This document shows positions 9,454-19,156 of a stretch of DNA of 44,150 nucleotides, piece after piece. The stretch is from Pseudomonadota bacterium (GTDB lineage: Bacteria > Bdellovibrionota > Bdellovibrionia > Bdellovibrionales > Bdellovibrionaceae): NCBI GenBank assembly GCA_041178425.1, contig JBEGVH010000037.1, positions 1-44,150 on the forward strand, in the 5' to 3' direction. The position numbers and the translations under genes were made by a program. Positions within the stretch are counted from its first letter, which is position 1. Each line of letters begins with the position of its first letter. The notes below the pieces were generated by a model. The model searched no databases, had not been told where the DNA came from, and was given only the letters and a program-made list of their open reading frames with translations.

Positions 9454-11239
9454 CCTGTTCATAAAACATGGTTTCACCCGAAAGATAATGGGCATCTACT
9501 CGTTTTGCATAGTCTCTACCGCCTGAATCTTCTCGGTAATTCAAATCTATAATCCACTGGGGCTTCCAAACATCAGGGGGCGACTGTCCACCTTCAGGAT
9601 TCAAGGATCCACCAGCCCAAACCACGGCTCGAGGCCTCCAATCTTGATCAAACTTGGTATTTCGATTCTGCCCCGTTTGAATGGAGAAGTATTGAGCTTC
9701 GGGAAGCAATTTTTTTAACAGAGTTAGCGTTCCGCCACCGCCCCAAACAGCAGTTTCACCCGTGTGAATGCCTGCGCCTATTCGATCTGCCTTTTTGATG
9801 AGGGCTTGTAGTCCCTCAAGGTCAGTGTTGTGTCCATACCAAAGGGTATTTTTATCGCAGATGATTGTATTGACCGATTGAAACTCTGAGGCGGTTGCTG
9901 TTCTAGAAAAAACGTACTCGTAGGCGAGCACTTTAAGAGGTGAGGTGACTGCCGCTGCAATGAGGCCAAGTTGCTCCAAAACCTTCATCGCCATTTGAAA
10001 CTCCAGCCTCTTAACGTTGATCGCATAGACGGGCATCCGAAAGGCTCTGAAAAAATCCGATTGATGGACTGGGGTAAAACTATGAGACACTGGATCACCG
10101 AGAAGAGCTCCGAAGTGAAGCCCCTGATCCTTTCGTTCCAACCATTGATAAAGCGTAGGTTGATCGAGGGAACTCCCCTCTCCCTCCCGAATAAAATTGA
10201 GTTTTTGAGCTGTTGAAACCCAAAGTCTATACCAATGCCACTGGCCATCCTCAGAACGTGGCAGAAAGCTTCGGCTTTGAGGGTTCGCAGATTGCCAATC
10301 GTGACCTTCTTTTAACTCAGCAAAAGTCTTCACTTCTACTGCGATTTTGATGTGACAGCCCTGTTCTTCAAGGCCTATGCTTTTTTCAAGAACATCTCTA
10401 AAACTTTCATGACTCAATCGATGATGAAACGAAACAATTCTTTCAAAACTCACATTGCCAGCGGATTGATCAAAGAGCGACTCATCAAAATCAACAATTG
10501 CAACACTCTCAATATCAAAAAATGTTGGTGCCGATGCGACTCTCCTCGCCCAAATGAGTTTTTCTTTTGGAATAGATGACAGCGCTTTTTTCATTTGCTC
10601 TATTGAGAGCAAATCATCTCGTATTTCAAAATAATCAAACCCCCAACGGAGTCGACTCCGAATAAAATAGTGCCAACCATCTTCAGAGTTAAAATTCTGA
10701 GGCAATAGAGTAAGGGTACCTCTTAGATTCTCGATATTCCCAAAGACAAGATTCTGCTCCGTGAGGCTGGCTTGACATAAACCCTCCGGCACCAAGTATT
10801 CTTCCCATGCCACCTTTTGAAATCTTGCCTTTCGCAGACGGGCTCTCTCGCGAAATTCTTCAAGAGGCGACAAGTGAGCCTCTAACGAAGGTCGGTCAAA
10901 GAAAATTCTACCCGTTCGGTCGCTGACTCTTTGAATCCAAACAGTTCGAAGCTGTTTAGGAATCAGTTGTACATCAAAGCCACCCCCAACAGCAACATAG
11001 GCTATCTGATCACCCACCATCTCAAAAATTCTCTCAAAGTATTTTTTTTCTAATCTTCGAAAGTACTCTTCTCCATGTTGTTCAAAAATTTTTCGAACAA
11101 GCTGTCCTTCACCTTCCTCAATAACGGCATCGAGATCATAAATAGAAACAAGAATATTTTGTGCCGAATGATAGCCTTTCAATCTATTTAGAAAGGCGGT
11201 TTTTCCGGTTCCGCGATGCCCGATAATGATGGTGATCAC
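9389..11239 (-). CDS. Trifunctional shikimate kinase / type I 3-dehydroquinate dehydratase / shikimate dehydrogenase (AroK-AroD-AroE fusion)
   Basis: AroK: GHRGTGKT P-loop, DLD, GEEYFRRLE, GGG. AroD-like middle: EIRDD, IVSFHH, IKIA. AroE: GDPVSHS, VTSPLK, VNT, NTD, GGGG, DLNY, G-x-x-M-x-x-x-QA. Confidence 0.85.
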   Translation of the reverse strand: MITIIIGHRGTGKTAFLNRLKGYHSAQNILVSIYDLDAVIEEGEGQLVRKIFEQHGEEYFRRLEKKYFERIFEMVGDQIAYVAVGGGFDVQLIPKQLRTVWIQRVSDRTGRIFFDRPSLEAHLSPLEEFRERARLRKARFQKVAWEEYLVPEGLCQASLTEQNLVFGNIENLRGTLTLLPQNFNSEDGWHYFIRSRLRWGFDYFEIRDDLLSIEQMKKALSSIPKEKLIWARRVASAPTFFDIESVAIVDFDESLFDQSAGNVSFERIVSFHHRLSHESFRDVLEKSIGLEEQGCHIKIAVEVKTFAELKEGHDWQSANPQSRSFLPRSEDGQWHWYRLWVSTAQKLNFIREGEGSSLDQPTLYQWLERKDQGLHFGALLGDPVSHSFTPVHQSDFFRAFRMPVYAINVKRLEFQMAMKVLEQLGLIAAAVTSPLKVLAYEYVFSRTATASEFQSVNTIICDKNTLWYGHNTDLEGLQALIKKADRIGAGIHTGETAVWGGGGTLTLLKKLLPEAQYFSIQTGQNRNTKFDQDWRPRAVVWAGGSLNPEGGQSPPDVWKPQWIIDLNYREDSGGRDYAKRVDAHYLSGETMFYEQAIFQREFWRPFLHSFGEDEKI

Positions 11240-12429
11240 AGAATTCCCTTAGCTATTTCGAGAAACTCTGGAAAACTTTTTCCGACTATTTCGGGATTCT
11301 GAATTTTAATTTTAAAACCAACCGCTTTGAGTACCGTCGCCATCATAACCAATCGGTGATCATCTTTGGTGTCTAGAAAGAGCTCGTTGGTATTTCGGTA
11401 TTTTGAACCCCTTATCAAGGCACCATCCTCTTGTTCTTCAGCATCAACACCCAAACGTCTGAGTAAAGTGACGACTTCTTCAATTCGATTTGATTCTTTA
11501 AATTTCAAATGAGGAGCTCCAAACAGTTTTGTTTCACCCTCTGCCGTTGCGGCCAGTGCGCTCAAAACCGGGAACAAATCTGGACAATTGAGGATATTGA
11601 GATCTATGGCTTTAAGCTGCTCGGCTTGTTCTACCCAAAGAGCGTCTTCTTTCTTTTCAAAATGAACGCCCATTCTCTTTAAAACATCTAAAAAAACAAT
11701 GTCGGGCTGCTTCGAACCAAAAGGAAACTGTTTTATTAAAGCTTGTCCAGAAACAGCCGCCAAAGCGGCCACTGCAAAAGTCGAACTGACGTCACTTTCA
11801 ACAAGATAAGTGATCGCATTTGGCTTTTGATTCTTGAACACTTTAATCAATCCATCCTCAATTAACCACTGCATTCCAAATTCTTTCAGAGTGTCTAGAG
11901 TCAGTCGAAAATAGTCCTCAGAAACCATTTCTGCGGGCAATTCAATACTGATATCTTCGCTTAGGTTCCAGCAATTTAATAACATTCCACTAAGAAATTG
12001 ACTGCTCTCACTCCCACTGATCTTCAGGGGTTTATTTGGCAGTTTCCAACCCTGACTTATAATTTTCATCCCACGCTCTTGCATTTGATAATTAATACCA
12101 AGCTGAGAAAATATTTTTGCGAGCTCCGTCTGAGGACGCTTAAAGAGACGTGGTTTTCCAATGAGGAGAAACTCACCGGCCTCCCTAGAAACTCTCATGG
12201 CAAGAAAACGCAAGACAGTTCCGGCCTCACCACAATCAAAACTCAGTTCGTTGTGACTGAGATGATTGATCGCCTCGCGCATTTTGACGATATCGTCACA
12301 GAGCCCCTCTCCCACAACCTTAATTTTCGGTTCAAAAGACTGAATAATTTTGGCCCGATTGTAGCTTGATTTTGAGACTGGGATAGCCCCTTCAAAGGTA
12401 AATTTTGATTCTTCAGACATTATTGCCAT
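11236..12429 (-). CDS. aroA: 3-phosphoshikimate 1-carboxyvinyltransferase (EPSP synthase)
   Basis: Motifs SKS, DCGEAGTVLRF, SSQFLS, KESNR, DHR and KSFPEF. Confidence 0.95.
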   Translation of the reverse strand: MAIMSEESKFTFEGAIPVSKSSYNRAKIIQSFEPKIKVVGEGLCDDIVKMREAINHLSHNELSFDCGEAGTVLRFLAMRVSREAGEFLLIGKPRLFKRPQTELAKIFSQLGINYQMQERGMKIISQGWKLPNKPLKISGSESSQFLSGMLLNCWNLSEDISIELPAEMVSEDYFRLTLDTLKEFGMQWLIEDGLIKVFKNQKPNAITYLVESDVSSTFAVAALAAVSGQALIKQFPFGSKQPDIVFLDVLKRMGVHFEKKEDALWVEQAEQLKAIDLNILNCPDLFPVLSALAATAEGETKLFGAPHLKFKESNRIEEVVTLLRRLGVDAEEQEDGALIRGSKYRNTNELFLDTKDDHRLVMMATVLKAVGFKIKIQNPEIVGKSFPEFLEIAKGIL

Positions 12430-12528
12430 TCTGATCCCATTTTTAATTGATGGTCTAATTTCTTAGTATTATTCTACGGTCCAAAGTTTCGGTCAAAGAG
12501 TAATTAAAAACCACAGAAAGGCACCCTT

Positions 12529-13590
12529 TTGATGACCTCCATTCAAACTCGTGTAGTCTATTGCAAAACCCTTTCTGAAGGTCAGATACTAGGCCCATCT
12601 TTGAAAACCTCAAATGGACTCGTCATCGTTGATAAAACAGTATTCAAAACCAACAAAAGCGTCGCGCACTGGCTTCAACAATTTCCTTTTGTGTACGTTG
12701 TATCTGGCGGAGAACAACTCAAAGACGTAAGGCATTTGCCAGGTCATCTCGAGAAAATCTTCAAATTGTTGGGAGACCATGGACACAGGGGACTCACTCT
12801 GTGCGCTATCGGAGGCGGAAGCGTCGGCGATTTTGCTGGCTTCGTAGCCTCTATTTTTAAACGAGGTATCGACTTTATTCAAATTCCTAGTACGTGGCTA
12901 GCAACTATCGACTCCGCTCACGGCGGAAAAAACGGACTTAATGTTGGTTTGCTCAAAAACCAAATCGGAACTTTTTGGCATCCCAAAAAAGTTTTTATCG
13001 TTGATGAGGTCCTCAACTCTCAACCGGAATCTCATTTCAATGAGGCCCTCGGAGAACTCTACAAGATGGCTTTAATTACCAAAAAGCCATGGGGACGGCA
13101 GCTCATACAGAATAAAGCCCTCACCAAAAATCAAATAAAAAAATTATTGCCCCTTGCGGTCGCCGAAAAATACCGCATCGTGAGAGCTGACCCAACAGAA
13201 TCTAAGGGTCTTCGACAATTTTTGAATCTAGGCCACACTTTTGGCCATGTGATCGAACTCGAACAGAAAATTCCACATGGGAGGGCTGTTTCAATCGGTC
13301 TGAAGTTTGCGTTAGATCTCAGTTTTGAAATGGGCTTTATTAAAAAAAATGCTTGGAAAGCCCTTCAATCCAGTGCCTTCTATCAAGAGCTAGACACAAT
13401 CAATTTCAAAACCCTTTCGGAAAAAACATTTCGTCTTGCGCTTTCACATGATAAAAAAAAGGATTCCGCCGAATCTATAAAATTTGTTTTTTTACAAGGG
13501 CTTGGCAGACCGGTTGTAAAGAGCATAACCATTAACGAACTCATTGCTGCAGGAAAAAAACATGGCTTCATCCATAAACCATCACGTTGA
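12529..13590 (+). CDS. aroB: 3-dehydroquinate synthase
   Basis: Motifs GGGSVGDFAGF, PSTWLATIDSAHGGKNG, KNQIGTF, LNLGHTFGHVIE, HG and DKK. Confidence 0.95.
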   Translation: MMTSIQTRVVYCKTLSEGQILGPSLKTSNGLVIVDKTVFKTNKSVAHWLQQFPFVYVVSGGEQLKDVRHLPGHLEKIFKLLGDHGHRGLTLCAIGGGSVGDFAGFVASIFKRGIDFIQIPSTWLATIDSAHGGKNGLNVGLLKNQIGTFWHPKKVFIVDEVLNSQPESHFNEALGELYKMALITKKPWGRQLIQNKALTKNQIKKLLPLAVAEKYRIVRADPTESKGLRQFLNLGHTFGHVIELEQKIPHGRAVSIGLKFALDLSFEMGFIKKNAWKALQSSAFYQELDTINFKTLSEKTFRLALSHDKKKDSAESIKFVFLQGLGRPVVKSITINELIAAGKKHGFIHKPSR

Positions 13591-14599
13591 TACCCTTTGC
13601 TTCCCAAAATTTAAAAATTTTGAACTGACTAATTTGACCGTCAACAGTGACGTCTTAAAAAAAAATCCCTTGGGCGACTCCAATGTTCGAAACAACCCCC
13701 TATTAATTCCCCGTCACTCTTCAGGTGAAAAGCTACCACTTGTTTTAGTCTTGCCGGGTTTTGCCAGTAACGGAACTAAATACCTTGGCGAAAAAGGCTT
13801 CGAAGAAAATTTCATGCAGCAACTTGATCGCCTAGCTGGTCAAAATAAGATTCCCAAGGCTCTCTTCCTTTTTGCTGATACTTGGACTTTTTGGGGAGGA
13901 TCTCAATTTATTAATTCCCCCGCTATAGGCGACTACGAAGACTACCTCACGAAAGAAGTCATTCCCGCGGTCGTGTTAAGTTTTTCAATTGACTCAAGAA
14001 AAACAGCCGTCATGGGGCAATCCAGTGGCGGCTACGGAGCACTTCATCTTGCCTCAAAGTACCCTGACCTCTTTAAATACTGTGGAGCCCTGGCACCTGA
14101 TTGCTTCTTTGAAGCTTCGCTTTTACCTGATCTTTATAAATCGGCGCCATTCTTAAGCCAAAACTTAAATTACGCAAAACTAAAAGAGCTTCACCAACGC
14201 CGCCATATACTGAGACAAAAAAATGGTTTCTCTATTTTAAACGTCATCGCAATGACGGCTTGCTACTCGCCAGGTAAGAATCAGAATCAGCTTCTTTGGC
14301 CCATGAATTTTCAAACAGGTAACTTAGAAAAATCCATTTGGGGGCTTTGGCAAAAAAGAGATCCTATTTACTTTTTACCAAAGAGAAAGAGCGGACTTCG
14401 AAAACTGAAAGGGCTTTTTCTCGATGTGGGAAACCGCGATGAATTCAATTTACAATTGGGCACGAGACAGATTCATCATTTTTTGAAACTATCTGGCATC
14501 AAACACCACTACTCGGAATTCGATGGAGGGCACTTTGAAGCTCATGATCGCTATCCCTTGTTTTGGGAATGGCTTGGTAAAAAATGGGCTAAGATCTGA
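13562..14599 (+). CDS. Putative esterase (alpha/beta hydrolase, Fes/enterochelin-esterase-like)
   Basis: Nucleophile elbow GQSSGG, DVGNRDEF (Asp), FDGGH (His) and N-terminal NPLGD. ATG at 13562 overlaps the end of aroB. Confidence 0.82.
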   Translation: MASSINHHVDTLCFPKFKNFELTNLTVNSDVLKKNPLGDSNVRNNPLLIPRHSSGEKLPLVLVLPGFASNGTKYLGEKGFEENFMQQLDRLAGQNKIPKALFLFADTWTFWGGSQFINSPAIGDYEDYLTKEVIPAVVLSFSIDSRKTAVMGQSSGGYGALHLASKYPDLFKYCGALAPDCFFEASLLPDLYKSAPFLSQNLNYAKLKELHQRRHILRQKNGFSILNVIAMTACYSPGKNQNQLLWPMNFQTGNLEKSIWGLWQKRDPIYFLPKRKSGLRKLKGLFLDVGNRDEFNLQLGTRQIHHFLKLSGIKHHYSEFDGGHFEAHDRYPLFWEWLGKKWAKI

Positions 14600-16259
14600 T
14601 ATTTTCCACTGATCTTAAGGCCGCTTCAAAGGCAGACTCAAAGCTTGGACTCGCCCAATTATCCTGATTGGCGAAAAAAATTCGATCCGATATAGGCGCA
14701 GACGCCATAGCCAGTGTTTTTCGGGTTAGCAATCCCCGCTCTGCAAGTGGCAAGGAGTGGCCCCATCGGGTTAGTCTAACACCAAGGATTTCATTTTCTC
14801 TCAGTCCCAGCTTTTCTAAAAGGGGACGAACCGCAGAGGTGATAGAACTTCGATATTTTGAGTGACTGATGGGATTAAATAAAAATTGGCGAGCACCATC
14901 GAAGGGAAAGGGCTTATAGACAGTGAGGACCCCAATATCACCTTGATCTCCGTGGGCCCATTGACCGAAACAAATATCACTAAAAGGGCGTGACGGCGGA
15001 CGAAGGGCCGAGGGAGTTGGCGGTACTTCGCCATCGAGACAGTACAAATCAAAGCAAGGCGAAAAAGACTTGCCCTTTATTTTCATCCTTTTGGTATCAA
15101 CAAAAATATTAGCCACAATATAAGCTCGATAAGTAATGGCCTCACATGCTTTTTGTTGCTGAGCATCCATATTGGTTATGATTTTTCTGGCTACAAATTT
15201 AGGAGCTGAAAAAATACAACGTCGAGCCTTTATGGTTCTTAGAACTCTCTCTGGGGTTTCATAACAGACCCTAACGCCATCATTTTCAAGGGTCACATCG
15301 AGCACGAGACAACCGGCTCTCAATCTCTGTTTTCCAAGCATGGACTCTAATCGATGAAAGAGAGCTTGAGAAACAGCGGCATTCCCCCCTGGAAAGGCCA
15401 TTATTTCATCGGTCTCTGCTGATAAAAAGTTTAACGCTTGAATGGCCGACAACTCATCAATCGAACCCCCAAATGAAGACCAACAGTACAATTGAAAGTA
15501 TTCTACGACATGGGGATGAAGAGCCCCAAAATTTTGCTGAAGCCAATCAGCAAAACTAATTTGATCGAGGGCATAATACTCGTCTGCGGCCATGCCGCCT
15601 TCTGCCCAAGGAATTTCGGGATACTTTTCGTTATAGATTTTTTGAAGCTTTTCAAAAACCTGTTGAAACTGAAATCTAGCATTAGAATCCGAGGAGCCCT
15701 TCCAGAAGTCTTCTAAGAATTGATTTTTAAAGAAGACCTTCGCTTCATCAGCACGCTCCGCCCGAGCATAATTAAGAATTCCGATATCAGTCAGGAGATC
15801 TTCAAGGGCTGAACCCTTCTCTGGTTTGGTGATATAAGCCGCACCAATAGAGAACGGCCCTTGCCCAGAAAATTGCTCTCCCCGACTGTTTCCACCAAAG
15901 TTACTTGCCTGCTCTAAAATGAGGGGCTGCTGATCTCTCAATAAATAACCCGCCATCAAGCCCGAGAGCCCTCCTCCAACAATCACCGTCTCGACGGTCT
16001 CAGAAACACTCGGAATTCCTCCTCGCTTCTGAAGATACCCCTCACGATTCCAAAGGGCTTCGTGAGTTCTTTCGATATCATCACCATTGAAATCCATGCT
16101 CGATAATTGATTCCAAGAAAGTTGCTGAATAGGGTTAGGGTTAGTGGCGTCTATAGGAACCAGCGAATCAGCAGAAGCGACATCGAAAAAGCCTTTCGGC
16201 GTCAGACCATAAGTAAATAAAGAACTGAATCCGATTTTTAAAAAGTTTCGTCGTTCCAT
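14589..16259 (-). CDS. Tat-exported FAD-dependent oxidoreductase (amine oxidase / spermidine dehydrogenase-like)
   Basis: MERRNFLK twin-arginine signal from ATG 16259, Rossmann motif IVGGGLSGL, LE...GG, GAAY and RWGH. Confidence 0.82.
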   Translation of the reverse strand: MERRNFLKIGFSSLFTYGLTPKGFFDVASADSLVPIDATNPNPIQQLSWNQLSSMDFNGDDIERTHEALWNREGYLQKRGGIPSVSETVETVIVGGGLSGLMAGYLLRDQQPLILEQASNFGGNSRGEQFSGQGPFSIGAAYITKPEKGSALEDLLTDIGILNYARAERADEAKVFFKNQFLEDFWKGSSDSNARFQFQQVFEKLQKIYNEKYPEIPWAEGGMAADEYYALDQISFADWLQQNFGALHPHVVEYFQLYCWSSFGGSIDELSAIQALNFLSAETDEIMAFPGGNAAVSQALFHRLESMLGKQRLRAGCLVLDVTLENDGVRVCYETPERVLRTIKARRCIFSAPKFVARKIITNMDAQQQKACEAITYRAYIVANIFVDTKRMKIKGKSFSPCFDLYCLDGEVPPTPSALRPPSRPFSDICFGQWAHGDQGDIGVLTVYKPFPFDGARQFLFNPISHSKYRSSITSAVRPLLEKLGLRENEILGVRLTRWGHSLPLAERGLLTRKTLAMASAPISDRIFFANQDNWASPSFESAFEAALRSVENIRS

Positions 16260-16415
16260 TCTGCCCCCTCGCTCATGGCTTGTGCTCATCAAAACTTTGA
16301 AGCACCGAGACGATCAAGCTAGTAAGAAAAATCATAACTGGCATTTATTTTTTAAGAACAAATCCTAAACGATAACTATTTGACTACAATTTGACTGATC
16401 CCAGCCAATAAATTT

Positions 16416-16670
16416 TTAAATCTTATTACTAGGAGTTTTATTTTTCTTTTTAGTTACATAAAACGAATAGAGTGACTCAACTTTTTTTCGAGCCCAGGGC
16501 GTTCTTCTTAAAAATTTTAGACTCGAAGGAATACTCGGGTCGACATTGAAACATTTAATATTGATCTTTTCACCCAAAGCTTCCCAACCATAAAAATTGA
16601 CTAATTCTTCAAGAATTTCAGCCAATGTCACTCCATGGAGCGGATCCACTCCCTTTTTATCATCGTGCAC
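16416..16670 (-). CDS. VF530-family (DUF2132) small DNA-binding protein
   Basis: PLHGVTL...YGWEAL...I-x-CF...[21 protein letters not shown] is the family signature. GTG start with a GGAGG RBS. Confidence 0.9.
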   Translation of the reverse strand: MHDDKKGVDPLHGVTLAEILEELVNFYGWEALGEKINIKCFNVDPSIPSSLKFLRRTPWARKKVESLYSFYVTKKKNKTPSNKI

Positions 16671-16999
16671 TAAGGCCTCCCAACAGGATCAATACCATTT
16701 TTTTTCGTTAGAAATCTCAGAATGACATTCGAATCCAAGACGATTGAGTTAGGTGAATCCAACATTAGGTCTAGCGCAAAAATTTTGGGACCAAATGTCA
16801 CGAATTCTTCACAACTTTAGCATTACTTTACCCAGAAATGGAAGGAGCCATTGGTAGTTTGTGTAATTTGAGCTAAGAATAAGGGCTATAGTTTGCAGAT
16901 GCTCCAGCTTTAGATTTCGCTTGTAAACACCTGTATTTGCTGAATATTTGAGCACGCATGGGTAGCTAAACTTTTTGATCATAGATTTGGGAATGATGA

Positions 17000-19153
17000 A
17001 TGGAAGTCGGTTTAGACTCTGGAACACAATTATCGACAATGAAGTTTTACGTAGATGGTGTTCGCTGCGCGAAATGCATTCACAAACTTGAAAATTTAAA
17101 CTCGGAACATATTGAAATCTCTGAGGCTCGCTTCAACAAAGCAAGTAACATTCTCACTTTAAATCCAAAAGAAATCATAGCATCTGATCAAGCAATCGAA
17201 TGGATTGAGTCTAAAGGATATAAGGCCTATTTCGTTGAAACATCTGAGCAAACAGAATCTCGCAACCGAGAGGCCCAACGTCGTTGGCTAACTCGATTGG
17301 CAGTGACCTTCTTTTTTGCCTCGAACCTTATGATGTTTGCCATCGCCATTTACATGGGCGCCTACGGAGAGTGGCATCGCCTCTTTGCGTGGATTTGCGG
17401 ATTTCTATTTTTACCGATTGCGTTTTATTCGGCCATCCCATTTTATGCAAGCGCCTGGCAAGCCCTAAAGGATCGTCGTTTTTCTGCCGATCTCGCAATT
17501 GTTATTGCCTTTGGATGGGGTAGTATCCTCAGTTATTTTAACCTCTTTCGTGGAAACTCTAACTTTTACTTCGATTCAACAGCCTCATTTCTCTTTCTCA
17601 TTCTACTCGCTCGCTTCTTTTTGGACAGAGCCCAAAACAGCATAGAATCCGATCTGAATCCTTCTCTCCTCTTTAAATCTCTTCCGGTTTTTGAGATCAA
17701 AAGAGGCGGAGACACCCTCAAGGCTCTTTATCATCAAATTGAGAAGGGAGACCTCATCACTCTCCGTCGAGGGCAAACTCTTCCTGTAGACATAGAACTT
17801 CAATCGGAAAGCGCCGACGTCGACACATCTCTATTCTCTGGAGAAAGCTTCCCTCAAACCTTTGCAAAAGGAAGTGTTATCAAAGCGGGAATGGTTGGCA
17901 TTTCTGAAACTCTATATGGCAAAACCAATGGAACATTTCAAGAGAGTGAACTCCATAGGATTTTTGAAGGGGTTATTCGAAATCGACATGAAAAAACCAA
18001 AGCCCACGCCAAAGCAGAAGTTTACTCCCAAAGACTCCTAACGACCGTGAGCTTCCTATCTGTTGTTGTTCTCGTCTTTTTTGGGGGACAGGGGCATTGG
18101 GCCGAAGGTTTCCGAAGAGCTCTGGCTCTATTTACTATCGCCTGTCCTTGCGCACTTGCACTCGCGATTCCATTGGCTTCTGTGATGACCTTAAAAAGAG
18201 CCATGCAACAAGGCTTGTTTGTAAAGTCTCCCCTCTTTTTTGAAAAACTTCTGACGATCACTGGGGTTGTTTTTGATAAAACAGGAACATTGACTCTAGG
18301 CCAGCTAGAATTTCAAGGATGGGCCCCAAAACCTCCGGATAAAGAAACTCTTCAACTCTTGCTCGCGATGGAGCAAAAATCTCACCACCCGATTGCTCAA
18401 AGCTTAACTCGACTTCTGTTGGAACAAAAGATCGAACCAACGACCCTCGATTTTTGTAAGGACATTCCGGGTGTTGGCGTTGAAGCCGTAAAAAACGGAA
18501 CCCGATACTCTATCTCAAGAATTTCTACCGATGATCAATCGAACCTTAATGGATTTGAACTGACTTCGGAGGGCCGCACCCTCGTGACCGCTTACTTTAG
18601 CGATTCGTTACGGCCAGAGGCACCAACGCTTCTAGAAAAATTGAAAAAAGCGAAATTAGAAGTATTCTTGCTCTCTGGCGATCGCCAACAGGTTGTCAGT
18701 CAAATGGCCAAAACTTTAAATCTAAACGAAAACAATGCTCTTGCTCAAATGTCTCCGCAGGCTAAAGCTCAATTTATTGAGGACGCTCAACAAAACCGCC
18801 TTAAGAGTTATTTAATGGTAGGAGATGGACACAACGATGCTCTTGCACTCTCAAAGGCGAGAACCTCTATTGCTATGAAGGGTTCTGCAGAGACAAGTCT
18901 CAGAGCTGCAGATGCTTATTCTCAAAAAAACGATTTAAGCGTTTTAAATAACGCTTTTGAACTAAGCCATTTTTACCACCGGCTCATTCAACAGAACGTT
19001 TGGTTAAGCCTCAGCTATAACGTCATCGCTGGAACTATGGCCATCCTGGGACTCGTCGACCCTCTCATGGCAGCCGTTCTGATGCCCATTAACTCATTGG
19101 TCGTGATTGGAGCGACAGTGCTTGCTCACCCAACAAAAAGGAAGGAGAGATAA
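17000..19153 (+). CDS. ccoI: P1B-type Cu-translocating ATPase for cbb3 oxidase assembly (start may be 17039)
   Basis: HMA CAKC, YFDS, SGES, CPC, DKTGT, HP, GDGHND, YN and MxxNS motifs. First gene of the cco cluster. Confidence 0.9.
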   Translation: MEVGLDSGTQLSTMKFYVDGVRCAKCIHKLENLNSEHIEISEARFNKASNILTLNPKEIIASDQAIEWIESKGYKAYFVETSEQTESRNREAQRRWLTRLAVTFFFASNLMMFAIAIYMGAYGEWHRLFAWICGFLFLPIAFYSAIPFYASAWQALKDRRFSADLAIVIAFGWGSILSYFNLFRGNSNFYFDSTASFLFLILLARFFLDRAQNSIESDLNPSLLFKSLPVFEIKRGGDTLKALYHQIEKGDLITLRRGQTLPVDIELQSESADVDTSLFSGESFPQTFAKGSVIKAGMVGISETLYGKTNGTFQESELHRIFEGVIRNRHEKTKAHAKAEVYSQRLLTTVSFLSVVVLVFFGGQGHWAEGFRRALALFTIACPCALALAIPLASVMTLKRAMQQGLFVKSPLFFEKLLTITGVVFDKTGTLTLGQLEFQGWAPKPPDKETLQLLLAMEQKSHHPIAQSLTRLLLEQKIEPTTLDFCKDIPGVGVEAVKNGTRYSISRISTDDQSNLNGFELTSEGRTLVTAYFSDSLRPEAPTLLEKLKKAKLEVFLLSGDRQQVVSQMAKTLNLNENNALAQMSPQAKAQFIEDAQQNRLKSYLMVGDGHNDALALSKARTSIAMKGSAETSLRAADAYSQKNDLSVLNNAFELSHFYHRLIQQNVWLSLSYNVIAGTMAILGLVDPLMAAVLMPINSLVVIGATVLAHPTKRKER

Positions 19154-19156
19154 GTC

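Noticed and set aside
16671..16999. Possible FNR/CRP box upstream of the cbb3 operon (TTGATCATAGATT; TGTCA-N8-TCACA) and minus-strand ORF 16809-17039
   Set aside because: Neither site fits TTGAT-N4-ATCAA or TGTGA-N6-TCACA. The ORF has no recognisable features and overlaps the ccoI start.
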